Source: a virus (lineage: Duplodnaviria > Caudoviricetes). Taken from it: a DNA stretch of 39,856 nucleotides. The notes below the pieces were generated by a model. That model had not been told where the DNA came from. It saw only the letters and a program-made list of their open reading frames with translations, and searched no databases. The stretch covers positions 1 through 39,856 of IMG/VR virus record IMGVR_UViG_3300028594_000126; one strand, 5' to 3'. Every line of letters starts with the position of its first letter. Positions within the stretch are counted from its first letter, which is position 1. A program made the position numbers and the translations under genes. Shown here in pieces: positions 21,084 through 27,712 of the stretch.

Positions 21084-21105
21084 AGGGGCTGCGGTAGCAG
21101 ACCCT
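21084..21105 (+). promoter_or_regulatory. DGR target-recognition hairpin downstream of VR/IMH
   Basis: AGGGGCTGC-GGTA-GCAGACCCT: 9-bp stem with one mismatch and a GRNA-type 4-nt loop. Confidence 0.8.
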
Positions 21106-21124
21106 TTATTTGAAAGGAAATAAC

Positions 21125-21469
21125 ATGAAAAATGAAAGCGAATTGAAGATACTGCAAAGGTGTTATGACATGATTGAATACGGATATATTGCACTTAGAC
21201 AATTTCCTAGATCAGAAAGGCATACACTTGCAGCGGAAATAAAAACAAGTATGTATGAGCTATTAAAATTAATCATCCGTGCCAATAAAAGATATTTCAA
21301 AAAGACGACATTACAAGACATGGACGTTGAACTTGAAAACTTGAGGTATTTAGTTAGATTGTCTAATTCATTGGGGTTCTTACCATTTAACCGATATGAA
21401 CAATGGTCGAGACAGTTAGACGAACTAGGCAGAATGTTAGGTGGTTGGTTTAAATCTATTAAGAAATAG
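21125..21469 (+). CDS. avd: Accessory variability determinant (Avd), four-helix bundle
   Basis: 114 aa, basic; FPRSERHTLAAEIK and ELGRMLGGW motifs; lies between VR and TR; SD GAAAGGA before ATG 21125. Confidence 0.93.
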   Translation: MKNESELKILQRCYDMIEYGYIALRQFPRSERHTLAAEIKTSMYELLKLIIRANKRYFKKTTLQDMDVELENLRYLVRLSNSLGFLPFNRYEQWSRQLDELGRMLGGWFKSIKK

Positions 21470-21475
21470 CTTTTA

Positions 21476-21747
21476 TGGGGAGTAGGCCATTTACTTGAGC
21501 GCTTTACTCGTCGTGGCGGCAATTGGACGAACACGTCGAATGCTGGTGTGTTCTACCTGAACTTGAACAACACTCGTTCGAATGTGAATTCGAATGGTGG
21601 GTTTCGCTCCGCTGGTTCTCCTCATCCGAAACTGTAAGGTTATTGACCTTAGAGGCAGCATGAAGGAAAACGGGCTTACTTCCCCAGCCAATGGCTGAAA
21701 CATTTAATTACAAGCTAATCAGTTAGTATTCGCACGGTAGTGCGATA
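21476..21747 (+). ncRNA. Predicted structured DGR template RNA (TR plus flanks and spacer)
   Basis: 21476-21488 can pair with 21673-21686; spacer hairpins at 21635-21651, 21685-21697 and 21730-21745. Boundaries are inferred. Confidence 0.65.
21496..21613 (+). repeat. DGR template repeat (TR)
   Basis: Intergenic copy of VR with 24 adenines, 18 of them in nine AAY codons when read in the target frame. Confidence 0.97.
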
Positions 21748-21783
21748 GAAAGGTGATACGGCGTTGTTATCTGATTTATTAAA

Positions 21784-22863
21784 GTGAAACGAATAGGGAA
21801 TTTATACGAAAAAATATATAGTTCCGAGAATTTATTTAAAGCATATTTAAATGCTAGAAAAGACAAGCGTTATCGTCGTGATGTTCTGGAGTTTTCTCAC
21901 GATCTAGAAGGTAATTTGATTAAATTACAACAAGAATTAATGAATGAAACATATAAAATCGGTCTGCATCGAGAGTTTTTTATTTACGAACCTAAAAAGC
22001 GATTAATTACAGCACTTCCGTTCAGAGATAGGGTCATTCAATGGGCGATCCATCTTGTAATCGAGCCTTATTTTGAGAAAAGATTCTATCAGCACTCTTA
22101 TGCATGCCGTCCTGAAAAAGGAGCGCACTTAGCTGTTAAAAATGTACAGAATGAGCTCAGAAGATTAGAGAGGCTTCCAGGCAAGACTTACTACTTAAGT
22201 ATGGATATCAGCAAGTTTTTCTATCGAGTGGATCATGACATCGAAGAAAAAATATACGAAAGAACATTCAAAGACAGAAAGCTACTTAATTTATTAAAAG
22301 TCATACGTGATGCAAATGGTGAAAAGTTCGGCATTCCTCTCGGCGATCATTTTTATGAACAAGAGCGAGAAGATGATGTTGGTATGGCTATAGGAGACCT
22401 GCTGTCACAATTAAGGGCTGGTGTTTACCTTAATGAAGCTGATCAGTACATTAAACACGACATGAGGGTTGAATCATTTTACCGTTATATGGACGACTTC
22501 TTGATACTCTCAAAATGTAAGAAAGAGTTGCGAGGAATACTTGAAGAGGTTGAGCTGTTTCTCGGTGTCGAATTAGGTCTGCAGCTGAATAACAAAACTA
22601 TGATCGCTCCTGCAGCTGGAGGAATTGATTTTGTCGGATACCGAATATGGTCAACTCATGTCAAGGTTCGCAAGTCTACGGCGAAACGAATTACAAGAGC
22701 AAGTAGATTCTTTGTCAAAGCATTTCGCAATGGGTGGATGGAGGCGAAGGACATTCATGCTCGTTTAATGAGCTTTTGGGGAGTTATTAAACATGCCGAC
22801 GCTTATGGTCTTTGGTTAAAAATACTTGGGATAGTTAGATTATCCAGACCAGGGAGCACTTAG
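21784..22863 (+). CDS. DGR reverse transcriptase
   Basis: EPKKRLI..PFRDRVIQ, DISKFF, IGDLLSQ, YRYMDD and GIDFVGY motifs; 359 aa with no obvious maturase or endonuclease domain. Confidence 0.95.
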   Translation: MKRIGNLYEKIYSSENLFKAYLNARKDKRYRRDVLEFSHDLEGNLIKLQQELMNETYKIGLHREFFIYEPKKRLITALPFRDRVIQWAIHLVIEPYFEKRFYQHSYACRPEKGAHLAVKNVQNELRRLERLPGKTYYLSMDISKFFYRVDHDIEEKIYERTFKDRKLLNLLKVIRDANGEKFGIPLGDHFYEQEREDDVGMAIGDLLSQLRAGVYLNEADQYIKHDMRVESFYRYMDDFLILSKCKKELRGILEEVELFLGVELGLQLNNKTMIAPAAGGIDFVGYRIWSTHVKVRKSTAKRITRASRFFVKAFRNGWMEAKDIHARLMSFWGVIKHADAYGLWLKILGIVRLSRPGST

Positions 22864-22882
22864 CTTTATTATTGTAAAGGTG

Positions 22883-23038
22883 GTGAGGCTGATCCCGATT
22901 TATGCAGAGCTCTTGCAACTCATTGAGCACTTGCAAAATACTGTATCTACCCAAAACGAACTAATCGCAAGCCTTTTAAATGAGAATGCAGAGCAAGAAA
23001 ATATGATTAACATCATGATGAAAGAACATATCGATTAA
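22883..23038 (+). CDS. Small coiled-coil protein (~50 aa) after the RT, not in the ORF track
   Basis: VRLIPIYAELLQLIEHLQNTVSTQNELIASLLNENAEQENMINIMMKEHID*; SD-like AAAGGTGGTGA; exact start uncertain. Confidence 0.6.
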   Translation: MRLIPIYAELLQLIEHLQNTVSTQNELIASLLNENAEQENMINIMMKEHID

Positions 23039-23043
23039 ACGCA

Positions 23044-23067
23044 AGCGCCAGATGAGGCGTTATTTTT
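23044..23067 (+). terminator. Probable intrinsic terminator closing the DGR block
   Basis: AGCGCC-AGATGA-GGCGTT followed by ATTTTT. Confidence 0.55.
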
Positions 23068-23092
23068 ATGTCTGAATACGGGAGGTCGAAGG

Positions 23093-23401
23093 ATGACGAT
23101 TGAAATCGGAATTTTGTTTTCTGTAATTTCTCTAATTCTAGCTGTGCTAGGTTATCAAATCAGTAAAACAAACCAGCAGATTAAGAAACAGCAAATCGAG
23201 AGGCAAGAGATAAAAACCGATACTGAGGCTAGTGTTGAAGTAAAAGCGGAACTTGGTTACATCCGAAAGGGGGTCGATGATATTCGGATCGACTTAAAAG
23301 CTAACGAAAAAAACATCGCTCATCTGTCGGAACGAGTTACACGGGTTGAGGAATCATCAAAACAGGCTCATAAGCGGATAGACGCTATGGGTGCAGAATA
23401 G
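23093..23401 (+). CDS. Holin-associated membrane protein (XhlA/BhlA-like architecture)
   Basis: N-terminal transmembrane helix, coiled coil, SSKQAHKRID end; lies before the holin. Confidence 0.7.
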   Translation: MTIEIGILFSVISLILAVLGYQISKTNQQIKKQQIERQEIKTDTEASVEVKAELGYIRKGVDDIRIDLKANEKNIAHLSERVTRVEESSKQAHKRIDAMGAE

Positions 23402-23421
23402 TCCTGTGAGGGCTATTTTTT
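23397..23421 (+). terminator. Terminator-like hairpin before the holin
   Basis: AATAGTCCT-GTG-AGGGCTATT followed by TTTT. Confidence 0.55.
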
Positions 23422-23447
23422 ATGTCTTTTTTAAGGAGGTGACATAG

Positions 23448-23699
23448 ATGGTTGAGATTTTAGCAATCGCAACATTAATTGCTCCAGTTACATCGGGAGC
23501 TGTCCAAGCGGTAAAGAAAGCAACGAATGTGAACAAGAGATTTTTACCAGTTTTAGCAGTAGGTGTAGGGATTACGTTAGGCGCAGCTGCATTTTTTGTA
23601 GATATCGGCATTGGCGAGCGTATCTGGGCAGGTGGTATTTCTGGTCTTGCTTCAGTTGGGTTATTTGAATTAGGAAAAAATACTAAGGAGGAAAAATAA
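23448..23699 (+). CDS. Holin (A118 Hol118-like)
   Basis: 83 aa, hydrophobic segments, WAGGISGLASVGLFE motif, charged tail; coupled to the endolysin. Confidence 0.88.
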   Translation: MVEILAIATLIAPVTSGAVQAVKKATNVNKRFLPVLAVGVGITLGAAAFFVDIGIGERIWAGGISGLASVGLFELGKNTKEEK

Positions 23700-24817
23700 T
23701 GGCTATTATCGGTCTTGATTTAGGTCACGGTAAAAACACATTCCCGCCATCAAAAGGTGTATATCGCAATGGAGAAGGCTATGCAGAATACGATGCTAAC
23801 AGTCGGGTAGGTAGGCAGTTAAAAGCTAAACTTGAAGCGGCAGGACATACGGTCGTAATGGCGCAACCGTTTAATAGTAACGATGTAGTTTTATCTAGAC
23901 GGACAAGCATTTATTTTTCAAGAAACGTAGACTTAATCATCTCACTACATGCTAACTATAATAGCAACAGCGATGCGAACGGTTATGCGGCTTTTTATTG
24001 GTATAATCATGCAGATTCCAAAAAACTTGCTGATCTATATGAAGAGGAGCTGGTTAAACACGGATTTAAATTGTGGGGTGGATCTAGACCGTCACGTCCG
24101 AATGATTGGTCAAACTTCCACATGTGCCGAGTACCAGCGCAAAGAGGTGTGCCGTCAATCCTTGCGGAGAACGGCTTTATGGGTAATGCACGTGATTTTG
24201 AATGGATTTTTGGAAGTAAAAAGAATGAATATGCAGAGAAGGTATCTGAGGTTGCGTTTAATGCGATTCAACGTTATTTAGGTGAATCTACAGATGTTAA
24301 AGTAGAATCAGCGCCGAAAGAGGAGACGGCGAGCGATACAGTCAAAAAATCAATCAGCCAAATGGCGTCCGAGGTAATCGCAGGAAAGCATGGAAATGGT
24401 CATGCGAATCGTAGACGATCTTTGGGTATCAGCGCATCTGAATACGAAAAAGTTCGTGCTGAAGTAAATCGACGATCAGGAGTATCTTCCAATCCAAAGC
24501 CAAGTAAACCAAGCAAGCCAAGCAAATCTATTGCTCAAATGGTTCAGGAGGTCATCGATGGTAAACATGGAAATGGGCATACCAACAGACGCAAGTCGCT
24601 TGGTATTAGTCAGGCGGAGTATAACAAGGTGCGAGCTGAAGTTAATAAGCGCCTAAGTAGTGGAGGATCTTCCCCATCTAGGAAATCAATTAGTCAGATG
24701 GCGTCTGAGGTAATCGCAGGAAAGCACGGAAACGGTCATGCAAACCGCAGACGTTCTTTAGGCATCAGCCAATCTGAATATGAAAAAGTTAGAGCGGAGG
24801 TAAATAAACGGTCTTAA
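23699..24817 (+). CDS. Endolysin: N-acetylmuramoyl-L-alanine amidase (Amidase_3) plus three Cpl-7 (CW_7) repeats
   Basis: LDLGHG, E, ISLHAN and ILAENGF zinc-amidase motifs; three copies of KSI.QM..EVI.GKHGNG...RR.SLG....Y.KVRAEVN. Confidence 0.93.
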   Translation: MAIIGLDLGHGKNTFPPSKGVYRNGEGYAEYDANSRVGRQLKAKLEAAGHTVVMAQPFNSNDVVLSRRTSIYFSRNVDLIISLHANYNSNSDANGYAAFYWYNHADSKKLADLYEEELVKHGFKLWGGSRPSRPNDWSNFHMCRVPAQRGVPSILAENGFMGNARDFEWIFGSKKNEYAEKVSEVAFNAIQRYLGESTDVKVESAPKEETASDTVKKSISQMASEVIAGKHGNGHANRRRSLGISASEYEKVRAEVNRRSGVSSNPKPSKPSKPSKSIAQMVQEVIDGKHGNGHTNRRKSLGISQAEYNKVRAEVNKRLSSGGSSPSRKSISQMASEVIAGKHGNGHANRRRSLGISQSEYEKVRAEVNKRS

Positions 24818-24916
24818 ATGGCACGGTTAAAAAGAAAGGAATTATGGTAAAATCTACTGTATAATAGAAGTATGTTTTATCCCCAAATTCCTGTAAAAGT
24901 CTGTGGATAAGTACAT

Positions 24917-25113
24917 GTAATATACGGGTAATATACAAAAGCACTCCGAACCCCTTACTGTACAGGCTACCTCAGTTACCAAAACGGTAAGTTTTCAAGG
25001 TTCACCAAACCCTCAACCCTATGTGGTTGGGGGTTTTTAGTTTTTATAAGGCTCTATAAATTGCTGCATATTCGCACACATAATATACAAGTAATATACG
25101 GGTAATATACAAA
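24917..25113. other. Putative intact attP with integrase arm-type repeats
   Basis: (G/A)TAATATAC at 24917, 24928 and at 25080, 25091, 25102 (11-bp spacing) flanking a core; immediately downstream of int. Confidence 0.8.
25007..25038 (+). terminator. Intrinsic terminator inside the attP region
   Basis: AAACCCTCAACC-CTATGT-GGTTGGGGGTTT hairpin with T tail. Confidence 0.8.
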
Positions 25114-25133
25114 CTTTTCTAAAGAAAAGCCGC

Positions 25134-26159
25134 CTATTTAAGCGTGTCTATCGCTATAAGCAGCTGTTCAATATCTTTATGTGTATACACCTTGTCTGTG
25201 ATGTCTTTTGAGGCATGGCCCATAATCCGTTTAATGGATAGTTTGTTTGCTCCGGCATTATCCATTAATGTCGCAAATGTATGTCTGCAGTCGTGTGGCC
25301 TGTGTTCCATTTCCAATTGTTCCATCACTTTTTTCCATCTTTCATGATAATAGGTGTAATAACTCATTTTATTTCCTTCGTGGTTTGCAATTAAGTACTC
25401 ATTGTCTGGATCCATCCGTTTTTCAATGAGTTTATGAATTTTTTTGTGGATAGGAATTACTCGATTTGTTCCAGCTTCCGTTTTAAATCCACCCCGGAAA
25501 TACCTTTTCTCTAAATAGACACTTTCATTTTTAACCTCAACCAATTCACCTGGGCGTAGCCCTGTATAAATCATAATTAAAACCGTGTCTATATCGTCGA
25601 GTCTATCGAGGTTTTCCCACAACTTTTTAATTTCATCCAATGTAAAGGGTTTTCTTGAACTTTTTGTGTTATCTTTAGGAAGCTCAACGAATCTTGCGTA
25701 GTCTCTTTGTGTAAGGTCATTCTCCATGGCGTATTTATATAACTGGTTGTACAATATTTTAATTTTTCTTTTCGTTCCGTGCGATTTATCACAGCTGTCT
25801 ATCACTTTTTGCATATGAGATTTTCTTATATCAATAAATTTTAAGTCATGCAGATCCTCCGACCTGTTAAAAGCCATCCTATAACCACTCTGGCTAGATT
25901 TAGACATCTTTGGAAATTTTTCTTTCACAAACCTTTCGTATACTTCTTTAAAAGTGATCTTGCCAGATGATAGATCATAAGGGTTGCTGTTGTATTCAGC
26001 GAGCGCCATCATTGCTTCCTTTCTGCTGGCAAAATAACCTAAATACTCATACTGTTGCTTTCCGTCATCCGTCCATCCGGTAGTTATCCTCACCGCAAAT
26101 GGTTTCCTTCTTTTTCCGGATAGTTTAAAGACAGAACCGTAACCGTTTGGGTGTTTCAA
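25134..26159 (-). CDS. int: Tyrosine integrase
   Basis: TGLRPGEL, HDCRHTF, MGH and VYTH catalytic R-H-R-H-Y set; N-terminal NGYGSV arm-binding-type segment. Confidence 0.96.
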   Translation of the reverse strand: MKHPNGYGSVFKLSGKRRKPFAVRITTGWTDDGKQQYEYLGYFASRKEAMMALAEYNSNPYDLSSGKITFKEVYERFVKEKFPKMSKSSQSGYRMAFNRSEDLHDLKFIDIRKSHMQKVIDSCDKSHGTKRKIKILYNQLYKYAMENDLTQRDYARFVELPKDNTKSSRKPFTLDEIKKLWENLDRLDDIDTVLIMIYTGLRPGELVEVKNESVYLEKRYFRGGFKTEAGTNRVIPIHKKIHKLIEKRMDPDNEYLIANHEGNKMSYYTYYHERWKKVMEQLEMEHRPHDCRHTFATLMDNAGANKLSIKRIMGHASKDITDKVYTHKDIEQLLIAIDTLK

Positions 26160-26234
26160 ATTAATACCTCCTAGAATATGTGTTCTGTTAAATTCTATAA
26201 AAACAGGCGCAAATGGCAGTGCGCCCAGAAAACA

Positions 26235-27200
26235 TTATTGAGTTATATTTGATACTGTTTCAAACCCTTTTGAATTTTCGCTAGGAACAAACGGCAATCC
26301 GTTAAGAGCTTTTTCATCTACATTTTGATAGATTGACGGGTGCATCCAGTATCCGTTAGAAACTTTGTAAAAGTTACTTGAGTCTGCGTAGGTTTGATTT
26401 ACAAAGTTTTTAAAATTAATTTCATCATAATTTTCTTTATCAAAATATGCGATTATCGTTCTTTCTGTTGATTCGTTACCTTTTTGGTCAACCATCGACA
26501 TCATTTGAACAAATCCAATTCCATTTAAATTATTATTATCTTTGACTTCTCTCATAATTGAAGTTGATTCAATAGCGAAATCTTTGAAAGCTGATGTTTC
26601 CGACCAAAATGATCCGTCAGAATAAACAATGATCGCGATACTATCTTCGAGTAAAACTTGTTCAATTTTATCGTGGTTTTTCTTTAGCAATTTATCGATA
26701 GATTTAGCATCGGTAGCGTTAGTTAAATTTATTTCATCTTTAGGTGTTTTTTCTTTGTTAACTTTCGCTGTAACAACTTCAGATTCTGTTGGTTTTTCTT
26801 CATTTTCTTTTTCTTTGGTTTCTTGTTGTTCTTTTTCCTGTTTTTCTTGTTCGGCCTTTTCCTTCTGGGCTTTCTCTTTTCCTTCTTGTTCTTCTTTCTC
26901 TTTGCGCTCTTGTTTCTCTTTCATTTTTTGTTCTTTTTCCTTTTCCTCAGCTTCTGATTTTTCGGCAGCGGCAATTTCTCTTTCTTGTTTTCTTTCTTCC
27001 ATCCTTGCCTTTTGTTCTGGTGTTGGTTCGGGTGTTAGGATAATAGTTGTAATGAAAACCGCAATTGAAACAGTAAGTAATATAGACAACTTTTTAAATG
27101 ACGGCCCCTTCTTGAATATTGCTCGGACAATGAATAAAACGATTGTGACAAAAACTGTGAGCATACTTATCAAAAATAATATGAAAATCAGAACCTCCAT
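26235..27200 (-). CDS. Membrane-anchored protein of the lysogeny module (superinfection-exclusion-like position)
   Basis: Two N-terminal transmembrane helices, E/K/Q-rich stalk, globular C-terminal domain. Confidence 0.75.
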   Translation of the reverse strand: MEVLIFILFLISMLTVFVTIVLFIVRAIFKKGPSFKKLSILLTVSIAVFITTIILTPEPTPEQKARMEERKQEREIAAAEKSEAEEKEKEQKMKEKQERKEKEEQEGKEKAQKEKAEQEKQEKEQQETKEKENEEKPTESEVVTAKVNKEKTPKDEINLTNATDAKSIDKLLKKNHDKIEQVLLEDSIAIIVYSDGSFWSETSAFKDFAIESTSIMREVKDNNNLNGIGFVQMMSMVDQKGNESTERTIIAYFDKENYDEINFKNFVNQTYADSSNFYKVSNGYWMHPSIYQNVDEKALNGLPFVPSENSKGFETVSNITQ

Positions 27201-27237
27201 AAAATCACCCTCTCAAAATAGTAATAAAATCGTGGTA

Positions 27238-27690
27238 TCATGTACCTATTGAAAAATCAAATTTTTTTAAGTGACAAACCTCTTGAGGAACCCCATACAT
27301 AGCGGCTGCGTCATAAATTGTCATGTTACTATCTTTTAACTCATATAAATCTCTATCAGACATCAGTAGTTCGACAGCGAACCTGTTTGCCTCGTGTTCA
27401 ATCTTATCGACCGATAAAAGAGTATTGCTTCTTAAGAATGGTGTGTTTGTTCTTGGGTGTAGTTGTGAATGGCCTAATTCGTGGGCGCAAGTGAATAGCT
27501 GGGTATCATCGTTTAGATTGGAATTTATAAATATAAACTTATTCCTTCGAATGTATTTGTAGAAACCCATAATTTCATTATGAAGATCCCTTTGATAAAC
27601 ATGAATATGCATGGCGTGAGCGATTTCAAAAGGATCATTAGTGTTATATTTTTCGGTTATACTATTTACTTTTTCCTTTATCCAAGTCAT
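27238..27690 (-). CDS. immA: ImmA/IrrE-family metallopeptidase (antirepressor protease)
   Basis: CAHELGH (HExxH) and E.EANRFAVELL motifs; ATG 27690 follows SD AGGGGG. Confidence 0.92.
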   Translation of the reverse strand: MTWIKEKVNSITEKYNTNDPFEIAHAMHIHVYQRDLHNEIMGFYKYIRRNKFIFINSNLNDDTQLFTCAHELGHSQLHPRTNTPFLRSNTLLSVDKIEHEANRFAVELLMSDRDLYELKDSNMTIYDAAAMYGVPQEVCHLKKFDFSIGT

Positions 27691-27712
27691 GAATACGCTA
27701 CCCCCTAGAACT

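Larger units (their letters stand above)
20048..22863 (+). mobile_element. Diversity-generating retroelement (target-VR, avd, TR, RT)
   Basis: 118-bp VR/TR pair with 13 of 13 mismatches at TR adenines, Avd-like gene, YMDD reverse transcriptase, BPP-1-like gene order. Confidence 0.97.

Noticed and set aside
20864-21703. Minus-strand ORFs over VR, avd and TR
   Set aside because: Shadow frames. Their mutual similarity only reflects the VR/TR duplication.
21784-22863. RT as a group II intron, retron or Abi RT
   Set aside because: No obvious maturase or endonuclease domain, and the adjacent Avd and adenine-specific TR/VR pair identify a DGR.
24345-24817. Triplicated DNA at the endolysin 3' end as a TR/VR-like pair
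   Set aside because: In-frame Cpl-7 cell-wall-binding repeats with mostly synonymous differences that are not adenine-specific.
24917-25113. CRISPR-like mini-array
   Set aside because: Only two 23-bp copies 174 bp apart, no cas genes; better explained as integrase arm sites.
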